This document shows, one piece after another, positions 46,466 to 56,636 of a stretch of DNA of 64,000 bases (position 1 is its first letter; the number at the start of each line of letters is the position of its first letter). The notes under the pieces were generated by a model, which was not told the DNA's origin, made no database searches, and saw only the letters and a list, made by a program, of their open reading frames with translations. A program made the translations under genes and the position numbers. Location of the stretch: NCBI GenBank assembly GCA_963795005.1, contig CAWCGE010000016.1, positions 1,314 through 65,313 of the forward strand, read 5' to 3'. Origin of the DNA: an uncultured Acidobacteriota bacterium (GTDB lineage Bacteria; Acidobacteriota; Terriglobia; Acidiferrales; UBA7541).

Positions 46466-47029
46466 ATGCGCGTGATTGCAGGAAAGTATCGCAGCCGGCA
46501 TTTAAAGGGACCCGGAACGACGCGCGTGCGCCCGACCAGCGACCGCCTCCGTGAAACTCTCTTCAACGTGCTTGGCCCGGCGATGGCCGACTCCTACTTC
46601 GTGGATCTTTTCGCCGGGACGGGCGCCGTCGGCATCGAAGCCATCAGCCGCGGCGCTCGCGACGTATTCTTCGTCGAATCGAATGCCCAAGCCGCGCGGC
46701 TGGTCCGCGACAATCTCGCATCGCTCGAAATCAGCAGCGGTGCCGAGGTCATCGAAGCAGACGCTGTGCGCGGCTTGCAAAAGCTCGCGGCCCGCCGAAT
46801 CATCGCGGACTTCATTTTCCTCGATCCACCGTACGAAAAGGCCGACGAGTACTCAGAAGTGCTCGAATTTCTGGACGCCTCGCACCTGATCGCGCCACGC
46901 GGAATCGTTATCGTCGAACACTTCAACAAGATGGAATTGCCGGACCGCCTGGATCGCCTCGAATGCACCCGGGAAATCGAGCAAGGCGACGCCCTGCTTT
47001 CTTTTTACAGGCTGGCAGCCGCAGCCTGA
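46466..47029 (+). CDS. rsmD: 16S rRNA (guanine966-N2)-methyltransferase
   Basis: The protein contains MRVIAGKYRSRHLKGPGTTRVRPTSDRLRETLFNVL, DLFAGTGAVGIEAISRGA and FLDPPY. Confidence 0.88.
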   Translation: MRVIAGKYRSRHLKGPGTTRVRPTSDRLRETLFNVLGPAMADSYFVDLFAGTGAVGIEAISRGARDVFFVESNAQAARLVRDNLASLEISSGAEVIEADAVRGLQKLAARRIIADFIFLDPPYEKADEYSEVLEFLDASHLIAPRGIVIVEHFNKMELPDRLDRLECTREIEQGDALLSFYRLAAAA

Positions 47030-47058
47030 GGTCGGCGCATCCTATCCGCTCAGGTATA

Positions 47059-48759
47059 ATGTCCGGGTCAATGCAATCTGCCGCGAAACGCGTCCTGGTA
47101 CCTGTCCAAGAAACGAGCGTCGAACTCCCTGCCCACTGCAAGCTGCCGCGGCTCGCTCTCGGCGTGGACTGGAGTTCTCCCTGGCAGGATTTCTGGTCGA
47201 GCTGGCGCACCTATTGCAATGGCGAGCGAGTACCGCAAGATGCGGAGATGCCTGCTGATTCCGATCTGCGCGTCGATTGGATTCAGGGCAAGTTTCCCGG
47301 CCGCGCCTTCACTGCGGCGGTGTTGTGGCACGTGGCCGCTGTAGCAATTATGTTGCTGCCGATCTGGCATTTTCTGGCGAGCAATCCCCCCAATCTCGCG
47401 CCCGTGCGAAGCGAACTCACCTGGACCAATCCCTCGCAGGATTTGCCGCCCATTTCCCTGCCCGGCCGCGATCCGAAGCCCAGCCCCAAGGGTGACCCTG
47501 CCAAGCCTCTTCCGCGCAAAGGCGCGGACGCTTTTCACCCGCGACAAACGATTCTATCGGAGCCGATCCAGGTAACGCACCCGCGGCAAACCTTGATTCA
47601 ACCGGACGCGCCGGCAACCCCGCCCAAAATCGAAACTCCCATGCCGAATATCGCCGAGTGGGCGGCAACTCCAGCGATTCCCAAACCGCAGCTTCACCTT
47701 GGCTCAGCGGCGGCCGCCCCGGAAATGCGGCATCGCGCCACAACTGACCTGACCGCCCCCGAAGTGAATCAAGAAAAAAATCCCGGACCGCTCGATATCG
47801 CTGCTTCTCCCCTAACCAACAGCCAACCGCGCATGCCTGTCGAGCCTATGTCCCGCGCGGTCGCCGCAAAGCACGCCACCCAGGCGGACGCTGGCGCCGC
47901 TCCGGAAGTTGCTGCAGCATCCGCCGGCGATGCGAGCCTGCACCGGCTGATCGCGATTTCCGCAGCCCCGGCTCCCCCTGCGCCGGAAGTGAGTGTGCCG
48001 CAAGGAAACCTCGCCGCACGCGTTGCGATTTCGCCCGACGGCAAACAGCCAGGCGTTCCCGGCGGCGCTGAAAACGGCTCGGCAGGAAACGGTGGCGCGG
48101 GCGGCACCAACTCCAGTGGCGGCGGACGAGGGACTAGCGCAACGGGGGGCGCAAGTGCCGGCTCCACTGCGGCGGGTGTGAGCATTAGCGGAGGCAACGG
48201 ACGCTCCGGAAGCGGCGGACTGGCGCCCGCTGGCCGGACCGCGAATAAATTAAATTTGAAGCCGCTGGCGCCCGGCGATGCATTGGCCGCGCCGCACACT
48301 GGCCCCTCGGCGATCGGCGCGATCGATCCCAGCTTGCCGCCCGAAAAAATCCTCTCCGGCAAAGAGGTTTACACGATGCATATCAACATGCCGAACCTCA
48401 CCAGCGCCAGCGGCACCAACTGGATCATGAATTTTGCCCAACTCGAGGAAGGCAATCCGCCCTACGTCAAGCCGCAGGGCAAGCTCACCGGCCTTGAACT
48501 GATCCGTAAGGTTGACCCCAAATATCCGCAGACCTTGATTAAGGAAAACGTGGACGGCGAAGTGGTTCTTTACGCGATCATCCGCAAAAACGGCACGGTG
48601 GATAGCATTCAAGTCGTGCACAGCGTTGATCCGCAACTCGACCGGAATGCCATGGAAGCCTTGTCGCGCTGGGAATTTAGTCCTGCCCTACGAGACGGTC
48701 AACCTGTGGATCTCGAAGCAGTCGTGCGCATTCCGTTCCACTTCCGTAAGCCTGAATAG
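47059..48759 (+). CDS. TonB-family protein with long Pro-rich and Gly/Ser-rich linkers
   Basis: I trimmed the start to MSGSMQ; an alternative start is at 47071. A TM helix is present (AAVLWHVAAVAIMLLPIWHFL). The C-terminal TonB_C region reads KVDPKYPQTLIKENVDGEVVLYAIIRKNGTVDSIQVVHSVDPQLDRNAMEALSRWEFSPALRDGQPV. Confidence 0.8.
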   Translation: MSGSMQSAAKRVLVPVQETSVELPAHCKLPRLALGVDWSSPWQDFWSSWRTYCNGERVPQDAEMPADSDLRVDWIQGKFPGRAFTAAVLWHVAAVAIMLLPIWHFLASNPPNLAPVRSELTWTNPSQDLPPISLPGRDPKPSPKGDPAKPLPRKGADAFHPRQTILSEPIQVTHPRQTLIQPDAPATPPKIETPMPNIAEWAATPAIPKPQLHLGSAAAAPEMRHRATTDLTAPEVNQEKNPGPLDIAASPLTNSQPRMPVEPMSRAVAAKHATQADAGAAPEVAAASAGDASLHRLIAISAAPAPPAPEVSVPQGNLAARVAISPDGKQPGVPGGAENGSAGNGGAGGTNSSGGGRGTSATGGASAGSTAAGVSISGGNGRSGSGGLAPAGRTANKLNLKPLAPGDALAAPHTGPSAIGAIDPSLPPEKILSGKEVYTMHINMPNLTSASGTNWIMNFAQLEEGNPPYVKPQGKLTGLELIRKVDPKYPQTLIKENVDGEVVLYAIIRKNGTVDSIQVVHSVDPQLDRNAMEALSRWEFSPALRDGQPVDLEAVVRIPFHFRKPE

Positions 48760-48766
48760 CGCTCTC

Positions 48767-49798
48767 TTACGATTGCGAGGAACTAGCCGGCCGCGCTTGT
48801 TGATGCCGTGCTCCGCTTTCTTCCAGCAGCTTCACCATCGCGTACACGGAGAAGTTGCTCGGCGTCGCCACGCCTAGCTTTTGGCCGAGCGTCGCTACAT
48901 AGCCATTCAGCAACTCGATCTCCGTGCGCTTGCCGCGCGCCAAATCGTGCGCTGTGGATGACGTCGCCGTCCCGAAATTCGCCAGCGACTTGATCCCTTC
49001 GTCCATAAAATCGTGGTTGGGCAAACGAATGCCGTCCGCGCGCGCTACTGCCACTGTTTCTTCGATCAAGCGGCTCATCAATTGGCGCGACGCGGGATTC
49101 CGCGCCGCCTCTGCATACGAGCATTGCGCGATTGCCGTCACCGCGTTCCCCGCACAGTTCATGATGAACTTCGCCCAAATATCGGCTTCGATATATTCCG
49201 AAATTCGGCAAGGCACCCCGGCCGGGACAAACAGCGCGGCAATTTTCTCGACGCGCGGCGACCTCGGAGATGCGGAACCTGAAGCGGCGCCGCCCGTTAA
49301 TTCGCCGACCGCCAAATCTCCACGCCCCAAATGCTTCACATGTCCCGGCTCCGGCAGTGCCGAGGCGATATACACAACCGCGGGCAGCGCAGCAATGCCA
49401 GATGCCGCTCGGATCGCCTCGATATTGTCCACACCATTCTGCAAACTCACCACGATCGCGCCAGCCTTCAAGTGCGGTGCAATCGCCCGCGCTGCCGCTT
49501 CGTTATCAGTTCCTTTCACGCAAAAAAGAACGACGTCCGCGCCCGCCACGGCAGCAGGATCGGTCGAAGCCTCCACCGCCACGCGCTCCTGAAACGTAAC
49601 CGCATCCATGAATAACTTGTCTCGCCGGATCGCTTCCACGTGCGCGACCCTTCCAATCAGAACGACGGGCACTCCGGCGCGCGCGAGCATCCCGCCGAAA
49701 TAGGAGCCCACGGCCCCCGCTCCCACGACGGCGACGCGAGATTTCGCGTTCGCCCGAGTTCCTTGCGACGTAGCCACGGCAACCTCCAGCCCGATCAA
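48767..49798 (-). CDS. panE: 2-dehydropantoate 2-reductase (ketopantoate reductase family)
   Basis: The Rossmann motif is VAVVGAGAVGSYFGGMLARAG. The C-terminal ApbA domain contains ...SSTAHDLARGKRTEIELLNGYV.... Confidence 0.8.
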   Translation of the reverse strand: MIGLEVAVATSQGTRANAKSRVAVVGAGAVGSYFGGMLARAGVPVVLIGRVAHVEAIRRDKLFMDAVTFQERVAVEASTDPAAVAGADVVLFCVKGTDNEAAARAIAPHLKAGAIVVSLQNGVDNIEAIRAASGIAALPAVVYIASALPEPGHVKHLGRGDLAVGELTGGAASGSASPRSPRVEKIAALFVPAGVPCRISEYIEADIWAKFIMNCAGNAVTAIAQCSYAEAARNPASRQLMSRLIEETVAVARADGIRLPNHDFMDEGIKSLANFGTATSSTAHDLARGKRTEIELLNGYVATLGQKLGVATPSNFSVYAMVKLLEESGARHQQARPASSSQS

Positions 49799-50481
49799 AA
49801 ATGTTCGCGCAAGTCGCGAAAACTATTCAGGATAAGCAGTTTGCCCGTGCCGCTTTCCAGCTCTGCGTGTTCCAAATGCCAGGTATTCGAATGCGGAATG
49901 AAGACGGCATTCAAGCCCATCTGCAGGGCCGGATTGATGTCGCTGAGCGGGCTATTTCCCACCATCCAGCCGTACGTCTTCACGATTTTGAACTGCTCAA
50001 CCATTCGCTCGTAGACCTTCGCGTCTTTTTCCAGCACGATTTCAATCGCATCGAAATGAGGTTGCAACCCGGAGCGCTCGACCTTCGCGGCTTGCTCGGC
50101 CGGTTCGCCCTTCGTCAGTAGGATCAGCCGGTGATGTTTCGCGAGATATGCCAGCGTTTCGGGAACTCCGTCAAGAATGTGTGGAGGCGTTGCTTCCAGC
50201 TCCGCGGCGATGCGCGCGATTTCCTGCACCAGTTCGCGTCTCGCCGCGTTTCCCGCCAGCTTCATGTACGTTTCTTCCAGCGACCGCCGGAAACTGCGCA
50301 CGCCGTAGCCATGCTGCCGGATATTCCTTTTTTCCGTTTCGTTCAGAATGTGGCGGATGTATTCGCGGGTGTAACCGAGATGCTCCAGCTGGGTAATAAA
50401 ATGCTCGATGGATTTCTCAAAGAAGATATTGTTTTCCCAGAGCGTGTCGTCCGCATCAATCAGTAACGTATGCCGAGCCAT
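49795..50481 (-). CDS. HAD-superfamily hydrolase
   Basis: Motif I is LLIDADDTLWEN. It also contains LILLTKG and MVGNSPLSDINPAL. A 4-nt overlap links it to the panE start. Confidence 0.8.
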   Translation of the reverse strand: MARHTLLIDADDTLWENNIFFEKSIEHFITQLEHLGYTREYIRHILNETEKRNIRQHGYGVRSFRRSLEETYMKLAGNAARRELVQEIARIAAELEATPPHILDGVPETLAYLAKHHRLILLTKGEPAEQAAKVERSGLQPHFDAIEIVLEKDAKVYERMVEQFKIVKTYGWMVGNSPLSDINPALQMGLNAVFIPHSNTWHLEHAELESGTGKLLILNSFRDLREHF

Positions 50482-50574
50482 TCGAAATTTTGCGCTCCAG
50501 GTCCTTTAGGGTATGCGTTCGTTTTTGGGGGGCACAACGCTAGCCGCGCGCTGACTTGCGCCACATCGTGGCGG

Positions 50575-50811
50575 TCAACTAGTCGCGGAAGCCTTGCGCG
50601 AACCGACCGCCAGTCGGTCCAGAATCGTGCGCGCAATTTTCTGCGCTTCGCCGAAGCGCGCCAGATAATCCTGGAACTCGCGGTTCAAATCCAGCGCGGT
50701 CGTCGCATCGAGCTTGGTCCGCAGAATCATATCCCGCAAGTGGACGGGATGAGGCAGCACCGCGTCGTCCCGCAATTCATCGAGCGCCGTAACCGGATCG
50801 TAGTGATACAT
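50575..50811 (-). CDS. Hypothetical small protein
   Basis: This 78-aa ORF has plausible composition and lies between co-directional genes. I recognise no family. Confidence 0.35.
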   Translation of the reverse strand: MYHYDPVTALDELRDDAVLPHPVHLRDMILRTKLDATTALDLNREFQDYLARFGEAQKIARTILDRLAVGSRKASATS

Positions 50812-50862
50812 GTGCCCCCCGTGTCAGGCAAAAAACAATTCTACTCTGTTTTGCGGGAAGCG

Positions 50863-51243
50863 TCAGGCGGAGGTGGGGAGAAATTCGTAGCGGTCGATGC
50901 GCGCGGCCACGCCGCGATGGCCGTTGCGCGGCTCAACCCGCAGAACGTGCGCGTAACAGCGGATGTGCACGTCGCCGGCGAGTGTGATCTGTTGCGGTAG
51001 AGTGAGCACGAACTCAATCGGAGTACCAGCTTCGACGCGCGCCTCGATCGTGAAATAAAGTCCCCGGAAACTGACGTCGCGCGTTTCTCCTTGTTTTTCC
51101 AACACTTTATCTTCAGATGAAAATCGCACTTTCAAGGGCAACATCATCGAAAATCGGCGCGCAGCGCGGCGTTCGACCGCCTTTTCCATCGGTCCTCCCG
51201 GGAAACTTACCGATTTCGTCAAACTATCACCGCTTCGAGCCAA
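50863..51243 (-). CDS. PilZ domain protein
   Basis: The RxxxR motif (ERRAARRF) and the D-x-S-x-x-G motif (RDVSFRGLYF) have the correct spacing. An alternative start, MEKAVERR, is at 51189. Confidence 0.75.
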   Translation of the reverse strand: MARSGDSLTKSVSFPGGPMEKAVERRAARRFSMMLPLKVRFSSEDKVLEKQGETRDVSFRGLYFTIEARVEAGTPIEFVLTLPQQITLAGDVHIRCYAHVLRVEPRNGHRGVAARIDRYEFLPTSA

Positions 51244-51377
51244 GGCGCAACCGGTTTTACGCCTCGCCGCGCTGCATTTTTCAAAACGTTCGCCGTTACT
51301 GCAGCGTTAAATACCAGCGGGCGTACTCCTGCCGCGAAGTTTGACGTGCTTCGTCGCAGCGGCTACGATATGCCCTC

Positions 51378-52028
51378 ATGATTTCGGCTCCCAAACCCCT
51401 CGAATTGCGTAAGCACCCCCGCGCCCGACTCCGGCTGCCGGCGCGCATCCGCTGGCGCGGGCCGCTGGGAATGCGTGTCGAGGCGGCGCACACGCTCGAT
51501 ATGGCGCGTGAGGGCATCCGTTTGCAGCGCGCTGAGCGCTGTGGATTGGGCGCCCGCGTGTGGGTAGCGTGTCCGTTTGACGCTGATTCAGCCTCCAGCG
51601 TGCCACCGGGAACGCCGGCGCACAATCGTTCGCCTGGAAACGGGTCCGCAGGGTGGCTATGAGGTCGCCCTGCATCTTGAATTAGCTCCGCGCAGGGCGC
51701 CACGCCCTGCTGAAAACGAGCGCCGCGCCTGCCCCGGATGTCCTTCGCGCTACCGATTTCTGTTCGCGCTCCGGATTCGCCCTGGCCGGAGGAATCCATG
51801 ACCCAGGATATTTCGCGCGCCGGCGCACGTTTACTCCGCCGGCGATGCGGTGCTGGCAAAAATCCCTTGGGGCGAGTGGGAGCATGCCGGGGAAATTCCG
51901 TCGCGCATTGTGCGCGTGGAACCCGCTGAGAATCCGCTGGGACCTGCGCCCGTTCCGATCCGGAAGCGGGCATCAGCGCCATGCTCGCCAGCGTCGCCGT
52001 CCGCTGGGACTCGCCTAAAAAATCCTGA
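51378..52028 (+). pseudogene. Tandem PilZ-domain gene that reads through only by alternating between two frames
   Basis: Frame 0 gives KHPRARLRLPARIRW...HTLDMAREGIRL...VWVACPFDADSA. Frame 1 gives (R)IVRLETGPQGGYEVALHLELAP...ENERRA. Frame 0 gives PRMSFALPISVRAPDSPWPEESMTQDISRAGARL. Frame 1 gives YSAGDAVLAKIPWGEWEHAGEIPSRIVRVEPAE. Frame 0 gives ...SAMLASVAVRWDSPKKS*. The apparent switches are near 51620, 51725, 51836 and 51928. Confidence 0.45.
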
Positions 52029-52091
52029 GGCGCGCCTCGTCGCCTTTGCGCGACTGGAAGCTCTTCGTTACACTGAATCGCAAGCGACTCC

Positions 52092-52760
52092 ATGGCTGAT
52101 ACATTTCATCGCAATTTCTTTCTCAACGGTCCCGCCGGCAAGCTCGAAGCTCTGCTTTGGACCGTGGCAAATCCAAATCCTCCGCTGGCCGCGCTCGTTT
52201 GCCACCCTCATCCGCTTTTCGGCGGCACCATGCACAATAAAGTCGTGTACCAGACCGCGAAGGTGCTGCATCGCCGCGGCCTGCCCGTGTTGCGTTTCAA
52301 TTTTCGCGGCGCAGGTTCCAGTGAGGGTACGCACGATCGCGGAGAAGGCGAGCAAGAAGACGTGCGCGCTGCGCTCGATTACCTTGCGTCGGAATTTTCC
52401 GCGGCGGAGATTCTACTCGCCGGGTTTAGCTTCGGCTCGCGGGTGGGATTAGAGGTCGGGTGCGCAGATGAACGTGTGGTAGAGGTGATCGGCCTCGGAA
52501 TTCCGGTGGATGACTCGGACCTGACTTTCCTGCGTGAATGTACCAAGCCGAAACTCTTCATTCAGGGCGGATACGATCAGTTCGGTTCGCGCGCCAACGT
52601 CGAAGCACTCTTCGAAACCCTGCCCGAACCCAAGCGCTTGGTCGTAATCAACGGCGCCGACCATTTTTTCACCGGCCAACTCGACAAAGTCGCAGGCGCG
52701 ATAGACGCCTGGCTCGATGAAGGCCATCCACGCGCCGTTGCACTCCCGGCGGAATCCTAG
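52092..52760 (+). CDS. Alpha/beta-fold hydrolase
   Basis: The protein contains ALVCHPHPLFGGTMHNKVV, LRFNFRGAGSSEG and the nucleophile-elbow-like LLAGFSFGS. Confidence 0.8.
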   Translation: MADTFHRNFFLNGPAGKLEALLWTVANPNPPLAALVCHPHPLFGGTMHNKVVYQTAKVLHRRGLPVLRFNFRGAGSSEGTHDRGEGEQEDVRAALDYLASEFSAAEILLAGFSFGSRVGLEVGCADERVVEVIGLGIPVDDSDLTFLRECTKPKLFIQGGYDQFGSRANVEALFETLPEPKRLVVINGADHFFTGQLDKVAGAIDAWLDEGHPRAVALPAES

Positions 52761-53896
52761 CTCCTCGGTTCGAACAGCTTCAGGAACTGCTCGCGCGACG
52801 CAGGCTCGACGCCAATCAGTTGCAGGTTGGCTTTCACATGAGGCACCTGGCTCATACCGACCAGCGCGGTACTCAGTCCGGGAACCGAACGCGCGAACTG
52901 CAATGCAAGCGAGGCGTTGTCCTTCAATCCCAGCGCGCTATTGATGAACGCGGGCAAATTCTTCGTGAGCTGGCCCTGTAGCAGCGCCGCGCTGGTAACC
53001 AACGCGATGCCCGCGGAGCGCGACGCCTGCACCATCGGCACGGCGCGGCCGTCCACCACTTGGTTCGGGCGCGTCAACGCCTCCGGCATCGCCAGGTTGA
53101 ACGGCAATTGCACGAAGCGGAAGTGATGATCGTCTCCGGCCACGTCCTTCGCAATCTGGACCATTTCCGCGAGCGATAAAAACCCCGCCGCTTTAGGATC
53201 CTCGCGAAAGGAATTCCACGTGGCCATGCCGTACGCGCGAATTTGTTTCGATGCTACAGCAGCCTCCAGAAATAGGAACGCCTCGCGGATGCGCCGGCGA
53301 AATTCATCCGGCGGAACTTCGCTCAGCTGCGTCTCCGGATTGTGCAGGTAGAAGACATCAATCGTTTCCAGGCCCAAATTCCGGCGGCTGCGGTCCAATT
53401 GATCCGCCAGGTAACCGGACGCCATGCAGTGGCAACCGGCGGCAATGTCCTCCACGCGAAACACACCGCGCTCCAGGAACTCGTGTGAAAAATACGAGTT
53501 GGGATCCGCGGGCATTTCGCCGTCCGGCGTCAAAAATCCCGCCTTGGTGCAAACCATGATTTCGTCGCGCCCGAAGCCTTTGTGGAACAGTTCGCGCAGC
53601 GCCGCGCCCACCGCTCGTTCGCTGCGTTGAAAGCGGTAATTGATTGCGGAATCCACCACGTTGATTCCGCCCTCGATCGCTGCGACCACCGCATCGGTGT
53701 AAGCGCCGTCGGTGGCTTCGTCGGGTTCGCCAAGGTATGTCCCGATCCCAATTGAAGAAAGCACCAAACCGCCGCGAATTTCGCGGAAGTGCCCGGCGGC
53801 CGCGCGCCCTTGGAATCGTGCCGCATAGCGCAACGTGCCTTCCGCAGTGGCGGATCCGGGCTTGCGCTCGTCATTCAGCGGCGCGACGGATGACAT
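52757..53896 (-). CDS. Aldo/keto reductase
   Basis: The protein contains LSSIGIGTYLGEPDE, INVVDSAINYR, VCTKAGF and IDVFYLHNPE. Confidence 0.85.
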   Translation of the reverse strand: MSSVAPLNDERKPGSATAEGTLRYAARFQGRAAAGHFREIRGGLVLSSIGIGTYLGEPDEATDGAYTDAVVAAIEGGINVVDSAINYRFQRSERAVGAALRELFHKGFGRDEIMVCTKAGFLTPDGEMPADPNSYFSHEFLERGVFRVEDIAAGCHCMASGYLADQLDRSRRNLGLETIDVFYLHNPETQLSEVPPDEFRRRIREAFLFLEAAVASKQIRAYGMATWNSFREDPKAAGFLSLAEMVQIAKDVAGDDHHFRFVQLPFNLAMPEALTRPNQVVDGRAVPMVQASRSAGIALVTSAALLQGQLTKNLPAFINSALGLKDNASLALQFARSVPGLSTALVGMSQVPHVKANLQLIGVEPASREQFLKLFEPRS

Positions 53897-53985
53897 TTAG
53901 TCCTCTCTTGGCTGGAAGAAAATTGCATTGCGCGCAGTATAGCAGAACCGCCATGCTGCTGGGTCCGACGCCAAGACGCAGAAGC

Positions 53986-55347
53986 TTAGCGCGCGGCGAT
54001 TTCCTTGGACTGTTCGGCGGGCGACAATCCCTGCGCGGTAATCAGTTGGCGCGCCTCAAACCGTAGCTCAGGCAAACGCCGCAGAAAAACCGCGGCACCG
54101 GCGATAGCACCCATCCCGCCAATCGCCACCGTCCACGGCGCGCCGATTTTGTCGGCAAGCGCCCCCGCAAAAAGCGAACCCATCGGCGCCATTCCCATAA
54201 ACATCATGGTGTACATCGCCATCGCCCGGCCGCGCAGTTCGTCTGGAACCATGGCCTGAATCAACGTGTTCGAGCTCGACATCTGCAGCATCACGGAATA
54301 ACCCACCGGAATCAGCAAAGCGACGGATAGCCAGAAAGATCTCGAAAACGCGAAAAGGATCAAAGAAACTCCGAAGGCGCCGGCGGCGAGACCGACCACG
54401 CGCCCCAGTCCTTGCACTCCCCGCCGAATCGCCAGAGTGAGCGCTCCGAGCAGAGCTCCGATTCCTGTCGAGCCCATCAATATGCCAAGGCCGTGCGCTC
54501 CACGGTGCAGCACGCGGTCCGCGAAGATCGGCATCAGCACGGAGTAAGGCACAGCGACCAGGCTGACCAACCCGATCAAAAGCACCAGCGCCAATATTGG
54601 TTTCGTGCGGCGCACGAACCGGAATCCCTCGGCAATATGTTCGAACGGCGACGAATCTGTCGACGCGGTGCGCAGCGGCCGCAGCTTCATCAGCAGCAGG
54701 CCGATGATCACCGCGATATAACTCACCGCGTTGACGAAAAAGCACCAGCCTTCACCGATGCGCGCCACCAGCACACCAGCAATAGCAGGGCCAATCACAC
54801 GCGCGCCGTTGAACATCGAGGAGTTCAGCGCAATGGCGTTCATCAGGTCGTCGCGCACCACCATCTCGATCAGAAAAGATTGTCGGGCCGGAACGTCAAA
54901 CGCGTTCACGACGCCCAGCAGCGCCGCGAGAACGATGATTTCCCACACTCGTACCACGTGGAAAAGCGTCAGGGCCGCGAGCATAAACGCCAGGATCAGC
55001 GAAGCCGTTTGCGTGCCGATCACCACGCGATGGCGATTCCAACGGTCCGCCGCCAGACCGCCGAGAGGTGCGAAAAGAAAAATCGGAATCTGGCCCGCGA
55101 AGCCGACCACGCCGAGCAGCAAGGACGATCCGGTGATCCGGTATACCAGCCAGGCCTGCGCGATGTTCTGCATCCAGGTGCCGATCAGCGAGATCAGCTG
55201 CCCGCTGAAGAAAAGCTGAAAATTGCGATGACGTAGCGAACGGACCAGGTCGCGAAATCGGGAACGATTTTCCGGCGCCGGTGGGGACGAAATCGGTGTG
55301 TCCGCGATGGCCATCGTATCAATTGTACGATGCAATCCTCGCGGCAC
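53986..55347 (-). CDS. MFS transporter (EntS/DUF894-like)
   Basis: The protein has 12 predicted helices. It contains FRDLVRSLRHRNFQLFFSGQLISLIGTWMQNIAQAWLVY and GGLAADRWNRHRV. Confidence 0.85.
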   Translation of the reverse strand: MPRGLHRTIDTMAIADTPISSPPAPENRSRFRDLVRSLRHRNFQLFFSGQLISLIGTWMQNIAQAWLVYRITGSSLLLGVVGFAGQIPIFLFAPLGGLAADRWNRHRVVIGTQTASLILAFMLAALTLFHVVRVWEIIVLAALLGVVNAFDVPARQSFLIEMVVRDDLMNAIALNSSMFNGARVIGPAIAGVLVARIGEGWCFFVNAVSYIAVIIGLLLMKLRPLRTASTDSSPFEHIAEGFRFVRRTKPILALVLLIGLVSLVAVPYSVLMPIFADRVLHRGAHGLGILMGSTGIGALLGALTLAIRRGVQGLGRVVGLAAGAFGVSLILFAFSRSFWLSVALLIPVGYSVMLQMSSSNTLIQAMVPDELRGRAMAMYTMMFMGMAPMGSLFAGALADKIGAPWTVAIGGMGAIAGAAVFLRRLPELRFEARQLITAQGLSPAEQSKEIAAR

Positions 55348-55373
55348 CTGTTTCGAATCTGCGAGTGGGCGGT

Positions 55374-56636
55374 TTACGACGCAGGATGTGGCGGAACTTT
55401 TTTTCCTTGTGGCGTTTCACGCGGACCAGAAAGCAGCCGGCTGCAAGCGCGCAACATGCGGCGGTACGGCCAGACTTTGTCGCGAAACAGAATCTCGCCG
55501 TCGCGCGGCTTGGAATAGAACCAGCGCGCGATCAGCCACAAATGCTCCGGCAATTCAGGAGGTGCCGTGCGCAGTCCATATCGTGAGCGCCAATCCGCTG
55601 CACTTTCCGGCGGCGCGCCAGATTGCGGCTCCTCCACTTGCGTCTGCGTCACGGCTTCCGGCGTGGCGGTGTCTTCGCCAGGCTGAACCTCCGGTTCCAG
55701 CTTCTGTTTCAGAATGGCTTCCACCGATCGCGGCTCGCTGGAAATTTCGGCGAAGCGCAGGAAAAGCGGCTCATCCAATAATCCGCCGCGCACTGGAAAC
55801 ACGGCTATGGTCTGATATTCCGCGGCACGTTGCAGAATCACGACATCGAGATCTTCCATCCGCCGCGCGATGTCCGGCATTCCGCGCAGCGCCGCGGAGA
55901 CTTTATCCAGGCGCTTGTGCAGCGCCGCGGCGCGTTCGAAATCAAGCGCCTCACTGGCAGCCTCGCGCTCGCGCGCCAGCTCTTCAGTGAGCGACGCGCC
56001 CGAAGATTCCAAGGTTGCCAGCACGCGTCCGACTTCCACGTCATATTCTTCTTTGCTGCAGCCCGCAAAACACGGAGCAAGACACATTTTCATTTCCGAA
56101 TACATGCACCCGGGATAATCGGGATCGCGCCGAATTTTAATCTGGCAACGGCGTGTCTTGAAGAGGTCGAGGAAGCCTTCGCTGAAATCCTCCGCCGAAC
56201 GGCGCGACGCGAACGGGCCAAAATAAAATCCCGCGTCGGCGCGAATGCGCCGCGTCACGTAGCAGCGCGGATAGGCGTTCCGCAAATTCACTTTCAGCAG
56301 GGCTGGAGGGCGCAAACGCATCAGGTCGCGGTAACGGCGCGGGAAATACGCGCGGGCGTTCTCATAAAACGCGAAGGTTTGCTCGAATTTCGAGCCAGTG
56401 ACGCGATAGCGGATCCGCCTCACCACTTCTCGCAAATTCAAAGCCTTTGACGCGGTTTCCGGCCGGCTCAATAGACGTTCGGCAGCGCGCCGGAGATCTG
56501 CCGTACGAGCAAGATAAGGCTGCGCACCAACTTCCCGCATCTCCAGCAGGAAGATCCCGGGTCGTGCGGGCAGCGCCGCAAAAAAATCGGCATCGAAATC
56601 AGCGAAGAATTCCAGTCCGCAGTCGAGCTCAAGCAT
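55374..56636 (-). CDS. UvrC N-terminal-half homologue with a degenerate GIY-YIG-like region, a Cys cluster and a UVR motif
   Basis: The protein contains ARPGIFLLEMREVGAQPYLARTADLRRAAERLL, FYFGPF, GCMYSEMKMCLAPCFAGC and the UVR-like LDFERAAALHKRLDKV. No C-terminal endonuclease or HhH region is present. I trimmed the start to MLELDCG; the track start is 56699. Confidence 0.6.
   Translation of the reverse strand: MLELDCGLEFFADFDADFFAALPARPGIFLLEMREVGAQPYLARTADLRRAAERLLSRPETASKALNLREVVRRIRYRVTGSKFEQTFAFYENARAYFPRRYRDLMRLRPPALLKVNLRNAYPRCYVTRRIRADAGFYFGPFASRRSAEDFSEGFLDLFKTRRCQIKIRRDPDYPGCMYSEMKMCLAPCFAGCSKEEYDVEVGRVLATLESSGASLTEELAREREAASEALDFERAAALHKRLDKVSAALRGMPDIARRMEDLDVVILQRAAEYQTIAVFPVRGGLLDEPLFLRFAEISSEPRSVEAILKQKLEPEVQPGEDTATPEAVTQTQVEEPQSGAPPESAADWRSRYGLRTAPPELPEHLWLIARWFYSKPRDGEILFRDKVWPYRRMLRACSRLLSGPRETPQGKKVPPHPAS

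Noticed and set aside
51296-52093. A 265-aa minus-strand ORF spanning the whole PilZ-like region
   Set aside because: The sequence is Arg/Ser/Ala/Gly/Pro-rich with no recognisable motif. The plus strand carries PilZ motifs. I treat this ORF as a shadow, although it remains the alternative if the PilZ reading is wrong.
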